Positions 1 to 11,162 of a stretch of 64,000 nt of DNA are shown in pieces. Made by a program: the position numbers and the translations under genes. The DNA comes from Naegleria gruberi (Eukaryota), in the NCBI GenBank assembly GCA_000004985.1, contig GG738922.1; one strand, 5' to 3'. Below the pieces are notes generated by a model, which had not been told where the DNA came from, made no database searches, and saw only the letters and a program-made list of their open reading frames with translations. Every line of letters starts with the position of its first letter. The stretch's first letter is position 1.

Positions 1-429
1 TCTTGTAAGTATCCACCATTGATTGAATTACTTAACTCAATTTCAAGATATCCAATATTGGTAGTCATTTCACCTATTGTTGAGATAAGCCAATTTCACT
101 TAGATGTTTGTAAAGAGATTGAACAGGGCAAAAAACCAAGAAAATCTACTATTAAAACATCTTCAGGACAGGTTTTAACCTTTGATTATTTTAACGTGCT
201 TGAGAAGGATTTACGTGCTATGGAGATGTTAAACAAAAGGTACAAAAGAGTATCTATGTTTCATGGGGAAATGATTTCTGAAATGCGAGATATTATCAAT
301 AGAAACAAAGATGTTATTTCATATCCAGAAATATTTATGGTACCAATCCCAAATTATCCTCAACATGATGAAATACTTGCCAAACAATTAGAAGAATTTG
401 AAAATGATGATTTTGATTGGCTACAATAA
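1..429 (+). CDS. 3'-terminal portion of a protein-coding gene that starts upstream of the window (hypothetical protein, no recognisable domain)
   Basis: The reading frame containing track ORF 19..429 is open from nt 1 to the TAA at 427-429. GTAAGT at 5-10 followed by ...TAG at 63-65 could be a ~61-nt intron at the window edge, but this cannot be tested with 4 nt of upstream exon. Confidence 0.3.
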   Translation, partial: SCKYPPLIELLNSISRYPILVVISPIVEISQFHLDVCKEIEQGKKPRKSTIKTSSGQVLTFDYFNVLEKDLRAMEMLNKRYKRVSMFHGEMISEMRDIINRNKDVISYPEIFMVPIPNYPQHDEILAKQLEEFENDDFDWLQ

Positions 430-740
430 TTTTTTCTTACTCATTATTTATTGCCTTTTTCTAATAATCTTGCTTTAATTTTAGAATTGTTAGTTTGCCA
501 TGGTTATTCAACAACAATATCCACAACATTCATCTATTGACCAATTATTTGAATTATTTACGTTCTATTGGTTTTTTCATTCATCCAAGACATTTATTAT
601 CTCTATTCCCTCCTGTTTTCCTAGTCCTAGCCCATTGTTCACACAGCAAAGGAATCAATAATTCAAGATGATTGCATGATAAAATGCAGCTTACAATTCA
701 TTTTATTTGAAAAACTTTTTAGAAATTATGTACAAATTGC

Positions 741-1640
741 TTATTTCAAAAAGAGTTGGCTATTCTTTTTAACGTATTGCTCAAAAGTCAACAAATCAGG
801 GAACAACTTTCTTGCTTCTTTTACAGCTTCTTGTTCGTTATCTTGATAGTAACCACATTCATTGAAATAGGTGAACATATTCTTGGCTTCTGAACCCATT
901 CTTTGTCCAACAGTTTCAGCATCCATTGCAAAGTATTGAGTTGGGATATTTAAAACTTGAGTACAAATATCAGCCATTTCCTTAAGGGTGACATAATCAC
1001 CAGCTGTAAGAATCTTTCTTCCATTATAAGTGGTTGGATTTTTGAATACTTCTGAGACTACAATGCCCAAATCATCAACGGCAAATACTGGAATCTTTCT
1101 GTCAGTATTGATACCAGCAAAGATCATGGCACTAGCTCTGTCTTCATTCAATCTAAACATCATTCCTGGAAGATTATCAGCGAAAAATGGTGGATAAACA
1201 AAGGTCTTGAATGGAATATTAGTTTTTCTTGCTTCTTGCTCAACCTTATTCTTGTTAGTGAAATGAGGAACTGAAATTTTGCCACCAGATGCCTTTGTAA
1301 CATCATCCAAAGAGCTGAAAACAAAATGTTGGACATTATTCTTAACAGCTGCTTCAACTAAATTCAACCCTTCGTGCAATTCCTTTTCGTGATCGGTGGA
1401 TCCAAAACCTCCTGGAGTTGTTAAGCCAAAAACACCATAAGCACCTTTGAATGCTTCTTCGAGTCCATTCTTATCACTCATATTGCATGATACAATTTCA
1501 ACTCCTTGCTCTGAAAGCTCTTTGGCTCTGGCTGACTACAAATTCCTCTCAATTTCCAATCGCCTGCCTTTTGAAGATGTTTAATGACACTTCCTCCTTG
1601 TTTTCCAGTAGCTCCAACGACAACAATTAACTTGCTCATA
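741..1640 (-). CDS. NmrA-like family NAD(P)-binding protein (isoflavone-reductase/NmrA fold); the reading frame is interrupted by an apparent 1-nt frameshift near 1530-1545
   Basis: Track ORF 741..1481 matches the NmrA family. The missing Rossmann N-terminus MSKLIVVVGATGKQGGSVIKHLQKAGDWKLRGI... is encoded at 1640..~1545 (ATG = revcomp of 1638-1640) in a different frame and stops at TGA. The downstream frame, after a TAG, reads ARAKELSEQGVEIVSCNMSDKNG..., so a single-base indel (e.g. a lost G in cagag|ccaaag) joins them. There is no room for an intron. Confidence 0.7.
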
Positions 1641-1780
1641 TTGTTTTGTTTGTTTTGATTTGTTTTTTTGAATTGGACAATACCCCATTTTGAAGTTTGG
1701 CTTTTATTGAAAACTATTTCATCCGGTTAGTGTCTCTGGCCTACAAATGACCGTATTTCTTCCGTCAGGAATTGCAGAAT

Positions 1781-4708
1781 TTATTCACAATGCATTTCTT
1801 CCAATTCAATTTTAATATGAGGTGCATAGCCTATTATCTTTTGCTTTTCCATACTCATTCTTTGGTGATACAATTGCTGAGTATCATTTTGATCTCTTTG
1901 TTGGTGGAACAGGCAGCAACATTCCACAACAATTGTACGAATACTAGTTAGGGAAGATACTATTTCTTTCATATAATTGGCATTGAGTTCATAAGCAATC
2001 TTTAAGAATCTTAATTTTTTGAATACTTTCAAATGTTCCAATTGTTTTTCTGTTAATTGCTGTCTTTCTAACTTGAGAATTTCCAAACTGTTTGCTCTAA
2101 CCCTAATAGCTTTTGTAATTTCCTCTAAATAATTATTAACTGTTGATCTGCTTGTTGTCAAACATCTCGATCTACAATAAGCTCTCCTATCTATTGAACC
2201 AATGACTAAAACTCTGAGTTTTTCTAATGGGCGTAGTGCTTGCTCTAACAAGGAAGACAAATTCATGTATGTAAAATCTTGATAATAGATGAACAGTTTT
2301 GTCAAATTTTCTGATGGGAATTTGATCATTACATTGAACATTGAGAGGCTTAATGTTAAGCTTTTGAGGTTTGATAATTTTGGTAGAATGTACATTTGAT
2401 CTTCTCCTAACATTTGACTGTGAAGAGATAGTTGGGAAATTTTGCTTGGTTGTGCTGAAATTCCAGAAACAAATGGTATGACATTCTTCATTGTAGAAGT
2501 GAATCCTGAAATGGAAAGCTTCTCAAGGTGAGGGAAGAACAGGGCGCTTCCAAGGAATGATAAATCAATATCATTAGAAGGCGATCCAATATCAAGATTT
2601 GAAAGAAGTACTGTGAGATCAATATCAATTTCCTTGGACATGTGTAATTTTCTCAAGAACATTTCCATTTCATCAAAAGAACACGTATTCGCCTCCACAT
2701 TACGAATTGCCATATCTGATTGTTCTTTTGATACTCCATGAGGAAGGTCCTTGTTAGTAAATATATCACCGTTAATTATTGAGAATCTGTGCAATTCTAA
2801 TAGTGAATTTCCATTTAACCTTAAAACTTTTAAACGACTTGGCATATCGCACTTAATCCAATAATTCAAAGTTCTATTCGTTAAAATTGGATTAGTAAGA
2901 TCCAGATGGGTCAAATTTTTCAAATTTCCAATAATCTCCAATGCATGTATTTCATTCGACTCGTCATGATTAATAACTGTTGAACCATTAACCACATGAG
3001 TCTGGTGATGCGTCAACGAGCAAGCAATCTTTAAACTCTCCAAATTTGGACAACATGTCACTACAAGCTTCATGTTCTCTACAGAAACTGTTGAGACAAC
3101 AAATGCGAGATGTTTCAAATGCGATGGCATCCAGCATCCTTTGTAAAGTTCTTTCTTACTACACTCTTTAAGCAGTGGAATTAAATCGTCATCAAATTGA
3201 GCAAGGAATGTAAATTCCAAGCTCTCAAGATTTTTACAAGCTGCCAAATATTGAACCAATTCTCTTCTCGACTTTTCAACATTTGTACAGTTGGTAATGA
3301 GGTATCTGGTAATACTCTTAGCTTTTAGAGACTTTAAATGTGCGAGTGATTTTGTCTGTTTTAAAAGTTCAAAGAATGCTTGATCTAGATGACAATCTAT
3401 ATCAATCTTTTCCAGCTTGATATCATTCTCCAAAAGCTCCCTCAAGCAAACTTCCTTAATGTCCTCATAGGTAATCAATTCTGAGTTCAGTTTTGAGATT
3501 ATCAACTCGTTCAAATTTGGTAATTTGATTAAATTATGAATAGTTAATCTTTTAAGCTCTTCTCTATCCAAAAGATCATGTTTCACAACAAAAGATGTCT
3601 TGTATAATCTTTCATAGGCAAACGAATATGTACAAAATAAATTACAAGTTGGTCTAATATTCCACAGAACTTCATATTCCTCCAAAAAGGACAAGATGTT
3701 TGTCCACACTTTTAAATTATTCAAAAAACCATCTTTCAAACCTTGCTCCAACTCAAATACACTACTATCATACGTTTGATTAGAAACATGATGTGATTGT
3801 GAATGATTCTTCATAGCTTCCATATCATACGGAACAGAAATTGATTGTTTTACCATGAGTGTGAGCACTGATGTTGTTGGAGAGTTTCTACAATTAATAT
3901 TGGTTGGACAGGATTGAAACATCTTGTAGGGTTGTTTGTTTCTAGTAGTGAGGGGGAAGGCTTTTCGTTGCTTGGAATTGGACTTATCCATAAAATCAGG
4001 AGATGATTCTTCTTGGATCGTTTCTTCATCATTTAAATTACCAATACTTGTTGTAGTACACTTGTTGTTTTGCGGATGATTGGGTATTGCTTTGGTGAAT
4101 TTTAGATTTGTATTCTGTTGTGGTATTTGTTGTTGTTGATGCTTGTTTGTTTCTGATGATAGACAACTATTCTTGTAGGCTTTTGGAGGTTTTGTACAAA
4201 GTAAATCCTTTGAATCTTGTCTTTGGAGAGCAAATCTACCAAATCCCATCGTTCCATTCATTCTATTAGCAACACCTTCTCTCATTGGAGGAAGACAACC
4301 AGGGGAAGATGAATCCTCTTGACTATTTACACTACTAATTCCACTGTATGATGAATCCTCTGCATACTCTTCATTAATATGATGTTCGGAGGAAGAAGAG
4401 GAATGAGGTTCCAATGTTCTACGTAAAAAGGTAGTTGTTGTTTGCTGATTTTGGACATTAAATTTGTTATTATTCGTATCATTGTTGGCTTCACAATTAT
4501 TATTATCGGGTGAGGAAACATAACTACTATCATCATCTGTTGTTGATCCGTGATGATTCACCATAGAGTCGGTACTCTTGAAAGGTGGTTTAATGTTCTT
4601 TTGTTGTTGGTGCTGGGAAGTTATGTCATCATGTTGCTCTTGTTTTTTGTGGGTGAATGATGCTTCCGAAGGGAACTTTTTATTATTTGAAGTGGGCAAT
4701 TGGTTCAT
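1781..4708 (-). CDS. F-box/LRR-repeat protein with a long S/N/Q-rich low-complexity N-terminal half
   Basis: 975-aa ORF with ATG at 4706-4708. It has an F-box-like segment (VWTNILSFLEEYEVLWNIRPTCNLFCTYSFAY) followed by cysteine-containing LRRs (LTIHNLIKLPNLNELIIS..., CCPNLESLKIACS...). Confidence 0.7.
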   Translation of the reverse strand: MNQLPTSNNKKFPSEASFTHKKQEQHDDITSQHQQQKNIKPPFKSTDSMVNHHGSTTDDDSSYVSSPDNNNCEANNDTNNNKFNVQNQQTTTTFLRRTLEPHSSSSSEHHINEEYAEDSSYSGISSVNSQEDSSSPGCLPPMREGVANRMNGTMGFGRFALQRQDSKDLLCTKPPKAYKNSCLSSETNKHQQQQIPQQNTNLKFTKAIPNHPQNNKCTTTSIGNLNDEETIQEESSPDFMDKSNSKQRKAFPLTTRNKQPYKMFQSCPTNINCRNSPTTSVLTLMVKQSISVPYDMEAMKNHSQSHHVSNQTYDSSVFELEQGLKDGFLNNLKVWTNILSFLEEYEVLWNIRPTCNLFCTYSFAYERLYKTSFVVKHDLLDREELKRLTIHNLIKLPNLNELIISKLNSELITYEDIKEVCLRELLENDIKLEKIDIDCHLDQAFFELLKQTKSLAHLKSLKAKSITRYLITNCTNVEKSRRELVQYLAACKNLESLEFTFLAQFDDDLIPLLKECSKKELYKGCWMPSHLKHLAFVVSTVSVENMKLVVTCCPNLESLKIACSLTHHQTHVVNGSTVINHDESNEIHALEIIGNLKNLTHLDLTNPILTNRTLNYWIKCDMPSRLKVLRLNGNSLLELHRFSIINGDIFTNKDLPHGVSKEQSDMAIRNVEANTCSFDEMEMFLRKLHMSKEIDIDLTVLLSNLDIGSPSNDIDLSFLGSALFFPHLEKLSISGFTSTMKNVIPFVSGISAQPSKISQLSLHSQMLGEDQMYILPKLSNLKSLTLSLSMFNVMIKFPSENLTKLFIYYQDFTYMNLSSLLEQALRPLEKLRVLVIGSIDRRAYCRSRCLTTSRSTVNNYLEEITKAIRVRANSLEILKLERQQLTEKQLEHLKVFKKLRFLKIAYELNANYMKEIVSSLTSIRTIVVECCCLFHQQRDQNDTQQLYHQRMSMEKQKIIGYAPHIKIELEEMHCE

Positions 4709-4885
4709 TTCTTGTCCAGCTTACTAATAGCCACACTAGTTGATGATGCTGTTTTATTTGGTAGTAAAAAGCTATGATCTTCAACGTGCACTAAAAAGAG
4801 AGTATATTGTTAGAGGTCTTAAAAAGTAGAAAGTACATAAATGCCAAAAATAATGGTTTGTTAAAAAAAGAAGATTTAAAATTGT

Positions 4886-4957
4886 AGGGGGCGAGGGGGA
4901 ATCGAACCCCCGGCCACAGCTTTGGAGGCTGCGATGTTACCATTACACCACCGCCCC
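4886..4957 (-). tRNA. tRNA-Trp (anticodon CCA)
   Basis: The reverse complement GGGGCGGTGGTGTAATGGTAACATCGCAGCCTCCAAAGCTGTGGCCGGGGGTTCGATTCCCCCTCGCCCCT folds as a cloverleaf: acceptor GGGGCGG/TCGCCCC, anticodon stem GCAGC/GCTGT with loop CTCCAAA, T-arm GGGGG-TTCGATT-CCCCC. A TTTT run lies downstream. Confidence 0.9.
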
Positions 4958-6856
4958 TACACATTAAATTTCAATTAATTCAGTATTATGTATAAAGGAC
5001 TGTGATTTAAATCTATGGAGCAAGAAAACAATCTTTCAAATTTTTGGATGGAGTTTGCAATTGATTCGTAGCATGTTCATTGATAAACTTCCTTTTAACA
5101 GACAACAAACTGGGGGAAGATAATCAGTGGTACTTACATAATTCGCTTGGTTTGTGAAAAAGCATCTGTTGTTTGCATGAAAATCGAAGATACCATCTCT
5201 CGAGATCCAAATGGGAGATTTAACATAGAGATGACTGTCTCCATTTTCTCAATGAAAATGTATGCTACTTACTCATATTAATAGAGATAGCTATCTGTTG
5301 CTTTATTGTGTAACTTTCTTTAATTGTAACATTATGGATTCCACACAAATAAGACAACTGGCGAATTATCTAATTATCTTTTTGAATATTTTGCATCAAA
5401 TCCAATGCAACTTTACAGCCACAACAACCACAACAAAATTGGCTAATGCTACAGAAGAATACAACTCTATACAATGCTTGTCAATAGATGCCAAACTTGT
5501 AAATAAAGTTGCATCATTCAACATCTTGAATCTACAACTCTCTTTTTTGAAAATTATTCACTTGAAATATGTTGACGAGCTGTTAGTGAGGTTTTCAAAC
5601 CAATTTCGAAAGATCTCTCTAATTTGGACTGGGCCCTAAAACAGTATTTTTGAAACTAAACCAGAGATAGTTTACAAATTGTGTAATATTTGGGTGTTAA
5701 TACAAATAGATGTCATATTTACATCCGTCCCTGTCAATCAGCAATACAAAATATTGATACTATAACAGAAATATATTCTGCAAACCATTGTTGTTTGTTG
5801 TGTATTGTTGATAACGTCTCTAACAGCTTGGATGGATTGCATTTATTTGTCTTAAAGTTTCATCAACAGTTCGTCGAATTGTCCACATGCTTTACGAAAA
5901 CACCTTAATATGTTATTAAAAACCTTCAACAAACCTAAAATACTCTCTCGCCAAATTAGAGCTGCACTACAGAAACCTTAATTTAATTTTAATGCTCATA
6001 TTTTGCATCACCAATAACCAAGAGTAGATGCCATCCTTTTTGGACCGTTCTTTTTGCTTCTTCACACTCTCTTTATTTGTTGAATAATTGAGTAGGGACA
6101 AAAAGCATCAACAGACTTTTAAGGAAGGAAAGTTTAATTGTGCTCGGTAAGCATATTTTTTAACAAGTTCAAAGAGGTCAATTCAATGCCTTAACATGTG
6201 CAACGATTTCCCAAAGTTAATACAACATGCATATTTACCAGATTCCAACTAACACTAACCTACGGATCCAAGTGTAGGCATGGTTGAAAAACTGTGTCTT
6301 TTGTTTACAGGAGCCACAATGATCAAATTGTTAGTGTTTGCCTCTCTTGGCAACCAACACGATAGTTGTTTGACTGCCGATAAATAGGTGTTTTTGTTGT
6401 CTAGGTAATCACAAAGCATGAAATCTCCATCACTGATAGGAACAAACATGAAGTTATATTTACGTAAATCGATTCCAGTCGCCTTTTGCGTTTTCTATTC
6501 ATCATCAATCGCTTTACTTTTACGTCACAACTTGCCACCTTATCTCACAACCGTTACGAATAAGACCAAGTTATCAAAATTCTAGCATCATGTTGTTGTG
6601 CCTGTTCCATCTTGAAGGCTTTTAAACATCACAAAAAAAAACAACAACAGAATTAAATCCTCAGCAGAGTATACTTGCTATCTTGATATACTACCTATCT
6701 GCACATTCCTCCTCACCCTCTACAATATTCCACTCACAACAAGACACTCTAATTGCAAGTTGTTTTGCAGGTTTTTCCAACTCCACACTCTTATTTTGAA
6801 AGAATTCAACCTTTCTAATATTACTCACTATTCAATACAATACGATAATCAAGAAG

Positions 6857-8512
6857 ATGGAATCTTTTGCATTGAACACCCAACTTAATGGATATAACAA
6901 TGACAATAATTATGTAGTGTTACAAGAGTCTGATCTTTCAACATTTGATTCAATGCTTTTCAATACCACCACTCCTCCTCAACAAATTTCAGAAGATCAT
7001 TTTCTTACACCTTCTCCATTGCAATCACAACAACATCTCTTTACTCCAAACTCTGCAACTCCTGAAGGTCAACAAATTTTCAATCAATACATGTTTACCT
7101 TCCTTCACCAATTACAATCCCAACAACAAAACAATACATGTGTAAACTACCATATGCCAGTCTTTGATGCATGCCAACGATCTCAACAAGAATTGTTTGA
7201 CCCAGCCACATTTAATTTAAATGGTGATACCATGTTACGTTTAGACTCTGAAGAAATATTTCTTAATGAAGAAGATGTCACTGTCAACCAAAATATACAA
7301 CATAATTTCGATTTCAATGAAAATCACCTCAATTTAGATTCCAAACCAATTATGCCTCACCAACTCCAAAATAATCAACATAGCTTTCTTTCCCCACCAT
7401 TTAATCACCACTTTATCAATGAATCGAATGCTATTGGCACTCCTTCTGATTTGAAGGAAGAAGAATTCTTCTCTGGTTTTATTCCAGAGATGTATCATGC
7501 TGATGTTGATGTCATACCAAAGAATGAAACTTGCGGTTCTCCTTTGAGTTCCTCTTCAGCATCAAACTCGGCAGCCAATAGCATCAATAACAGTAGCACC
7601 AATAATGTAAATAACACATCCAACAATAATTCAAACAATTTGGGACCAATTATTCAAGTACCAGGTCTTACCTCTAATTTCTCACCTAAAGAAGCAACTC
7701 TTTCTTCATGGTTCAACAGTATTTCAAAACTGCCCGAAAGCAGTATTGTGTTAAAATGTGATCCATACGGATTTACTGAAAATAATGGTACATGTAGACC
7801 AAGAGGTTCTCAATACTCAGTATTTGTCAATGACAATATTCGTATTGACTTTTCCTTCAAGATTCCAAGCAATCTTGATTTATATTTCGAGCAAGATGGT
7901 GTCAACAAATCAATCTTTGATTTATTCATTGAAGAATGCAAGTTTGAATTATGTTCCTTCTTGGATGACGATGACACAAACACTGAGGTTGTTATTGAAA
8001 GCAGCGAGTCCATTTCAAATATCAAAAAGACTGATGATCTCATTCAAATATCATTGACTACAGTCATTAAGCGAGATACAAACAATAAGAGAGCCTCAAG
8101 ATCAAAGGCCAAGCCAACCACTGAAGAAAAGAAGGGAAGAAAGAAAAAGAAGAATGAATCTTGTGCATCAAAAAAGGTTTGCTTTTTGAGAATAGTTACT
8201 CCTGATTCAAGTTTTGTACTTGTCAGAAGTGATAATCTCTGGGTCAGATCCAAGACAAGACAAGAAATGGAAAGAAAGAAGGATAGAGCTATGGCTCAAA
8301 AGAGAAAGAAGGAAGAATCCAAACCAGTTGAAGATTATCAAGAGGAAAAGGAGTCTCCAAAAAAAAAGAAGAAGACTTCTTCAAAATCGAAATCCAAAAA
8401 GTCCAAATCCAAGTCCCAAACAGTCAATAGTTTTTCCTATGAACAAAGCCCATTGAAAGGAGGTGCCAACAGTGCAACCTATGGTGTTGTGTTTAATCTT
8501 GATTCAATGTAA
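6857..8512 (+). CDS. hypothetical Q/N-rich protein with an extremely Lys-rich basic C-terminus (probable nuclear protein)
   Basis: 551-aa ORF with ATG at 6857 behind an A-rich context. It has a Q/N-rich N-terminus and a Cys-containing central region (CDPYGFTENNGTCRPRG...CKFELC). The C-terminus (KKGRKKKKNE...KSKSKKSKSKS) is NLS-like. Confidence 0.55.
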   Translation: MESFALNTQLNGYNNDNNYVVLQESDLSTFDSMLFNTTTPPQQISEDHFLTPSPLQSQQHLFTPNSATPEGQQIFNQYMFTFLHQLQSQQQNNTCVNYHMPVFDACQRSQQELFDPATFNLNGDTMLRLDSEEIFLNEEDVTVNQNIQHNFDFNENHLNLDSKPIMPHQLQNNQHSFLSPPFNHHFINESNAIGTPSDLKEEEFFSGFIPEMYHADVDVIPKNETCGSPLSSSSASNSAANSINNSSTNNVNNTSNNNSNNLGPIIQVPGLTSNFSPKEATLSSWFNSISKLPESSIVLKCDPYGFTENNGTCRPRGSQYSVFVNDNIRIDFSFKIPSNLDLYFEQDGVNKSIFDLFIEECKFELCSFLDDDDTNTEVVIESSESISNIKKTDDLIQISLTTVIKRDTNNKRASRSKAKPTTEEKKGRKKKKNESCASKKVCFLRIVTPDSSFVLVRSDNLWVRSKTRQEMERKKDRAMAQKRKKEESKPVEDYQEEKESPKKKKKTSSKSKSKKSKSKSQTVNSFSYEQSPLKGGANSATYGVVFNLDSM

Positions 8513-8712
8513 TTTGAATATAAACTCAATAAATTGTCTCATTGGTTTCAATTAATTTATTTTCTGCAATGTTTCTATTATTCTTATTATCGTTCAGAAT
8601 TGAAACAATTATGACAGTACTTAGAGATTTGAACAACCTTTGAGACCTTACCGTTGCACTGTAAATTTTGGCGCCCAATGTTCTACTGATTAAATTTTCA
8701 AATTTAAAAAAA

Positions 8713-10975
8713 ATGCCGAACATTAATAACAATGCCACTTCTGCACTACCCCGTAGAAGGCATCAACAGAATGAAAAATTGATGGAAAAGAAGAGTGAGG
8801 AAAAGTATAAGGATGCTAAAACAAAGTTAACAAAAAAGTTGTTTAAGGAAGCCGCCGAGGATTTGACGGAAGCCATTAATTTTAGACCTCTTCCAAAGTT
8901 TCATTTTCTCAGAGGAAATTGTTATAGACACACTCAGGATTATGACAGAGCAATATTGGATTACACTATTGCTATTGATACACAAGAGGAAGCAGCCTTT
9001 TATTTGGCAAGAGGAAAATGTTTTAGAACAATTGGAAAAATCAACAAATCAATAGCTGACTTTGATAGAGGTATTGATATTCTTTCTAGACCTTCAGCTC
9101 TTCAACCAACAGTCAATGTATCATCACTAAACAACTCGAGAGTGGTGGTGGACACTGCATCATCAACAAATCTCGGATCTGAAAATCAATCAATCCTGTT
9201 TCAACTCTATGTAGATAGAGGTTTAAGTTATTATGAAAAAGGAGAAAAGAAATTAGCTATTGAAAATTATGGAAAAGCTATCCTAATGAATGTTACAAAA
9301 CAGCAAAGTTTGTTTAAGGCATACTTCCACAGAGGTAATACTCTCAGAGAATGTGGAGAGCTCGATGCCTCCATCGAAGATCTCACTAAGGCCGCAGACT
9401 TAGATCCTAAAAATGCAGCAGTTCACAACAATTTAGGTTTAAGTTTCTTTGAAAAGAGAAACTTTCCAGGAGCAGAAAAGCGTTTTACTCTTTCTATTGA
9501 AAACGATCCAACAAAGGGAATGTAAGTGTTTTATTTTTGGGTTCAAAAGTACTAATTCAATGAATAGATATCACAACAATCGAGGTCTTGCATACTACAA
9601 GCTGAAAGCATTTGAAAAGGCAATAGAAGACTTTTCTTGTGCTCTCAATCTCGATCCAGATGATGGTAATATTTACTTCAACAGAGGTAACACATTGTTG
9701 GCAATGAAGAGGTATGAAGAAGCCTTACAAGATTTTAACCTTGCTATCAATAAGGTTGATACCGATGAAAACTATTTCCATTGTAAAGGTATTGCTTATC
9801 AGGAAATGAATGATATTCCTCAAGCCATTCAAATGTTCAAAAAAGCTCTTGAAATTAATGAAAAGAGTGTTCAAAGCTTGTACCATCTTGGTTTAATGTA
9901 CCATATTAATAATCAACTGTTTGAAGCCAAAAAACAATTTACCAAGGCGCTAGAACTAGTTCATGACCATAGAATTTACGAGAGCAGAGGTTTAGTTTAC
10001 ATGGATCTGCTGTATTACGAGTTGGCAATTCAAGATTTTTCAGCCGCAATAAGAATTGTTCCCGATTCTCCAAATAATTTCTTCCACAGAGGTAAATGCT
10101 TCCTGTGGTTGGAAAGATATACTGAAGCTGTTGAGGATTTTAATACAGCATTCAAACAACACTGTGACGACCCACAAGTGTTTAATGCAAGAGCTATGGC
10201 TTATAAGCATTTGAAAAAGCATGATGAAGCTATTTCTGATTTATCCTCTGCAATTAAGTCTGATGAGAACAATGTTGAATATTACTTTAACAGATCTCAA
10301 TGTTTTTTCGATTTGAAGAATTATAGACAAGCTTTGAAAGACTTGGATACAAGTTTAGAAATTGAAAAATCAGAACCAAAGCTATACTATCTCAGAGGGT
10401 TGACTTATTATGAAATGAAGAATTATAAGATGGCTATCAAGGATTTCAAAGGTGCTCTAAGGTTGAAGAATCCTCAAACTGGCGCGCTGATTTCTTCATT
10501 TGTTCAAGGTGAGCCAACCTTTGGTCATGATTGTTTCTATCACATGGGATTGTGTTATTGTTTCCTTGAGAAGTATGAATACGCTGTAGAATCATTTTCA
10601 AAAGCTGTCGACCTCATATCAGATAAGGAGAATGTTCATACCAAAGAGTCGTCTGCTGCTTTAATAATCGATGATAACATGTTACATGCAGTTTATCACC
10701 ACGAAAGAGCCAAAGCATACCAAATAATAGGAATGAACGAAAGAGCATTGGAGGATTTCACAACAGTTATCAAATATCAACCAGACAATGCACATGCATA
10801 CTTTAGGCGAGCTTTTGCATGGAAAGCTCTTGAGAGATTTGAGGAGGCTGCTGAAGATTTTGAGAAGGCAAAATCTCTGCAACCCAATAACCCTAATTTA
10901 GTAGTCAACTACAAGAAGATATACGATATTGCATTTGTAGAGCTATGTAAACCAGGTTCAGAGCACCTTTATTAA
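8713..10975 (+). CDS. TPR-repeat protein, two exons (8713..9521, 9568..10975)
   Basis: Track ORFs 8668..9525 and 9449..10975 join through a 46-nt intron at 9522..9567 (GTAAGT...tactaat...AG), giving ...DPTKG|IYHNNRGLAYYKLKAFEKAIEDF.... About 18 TPR units (AYFHRGN, AIxDFxxAL) run throughout. The track start at 8668 is TTG; the first ATG is 8713 behind aaaaaaaATG. Confidence 0.8.
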
Positions 10976-11162
10976 TATTTTTTAAGGTGTCGATATCAGA
11001 TCTTATCATCTTGCTTGAGTAGAAACTTATTTGATTGTAGAATAGTACTTCACCATTTCTATTAACGAAAATGAATGTTGTACTACCAGAAACATTCAAA
11101 TAACCAATATTGGAAAACAGAATTTAGTAAACTAAAAAGTAGAGTTGTGGAAACTTTACTAC

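Noticed and set aside
8668-8712. Track-reported start codons at 8668, 21438, 38833, 38729, 54871, 56316 and 58517
   Set aside because: These are TTG or GTG codons. Each has an in-frame ATG shortly downstream in an A-rich context, which I take as the start.
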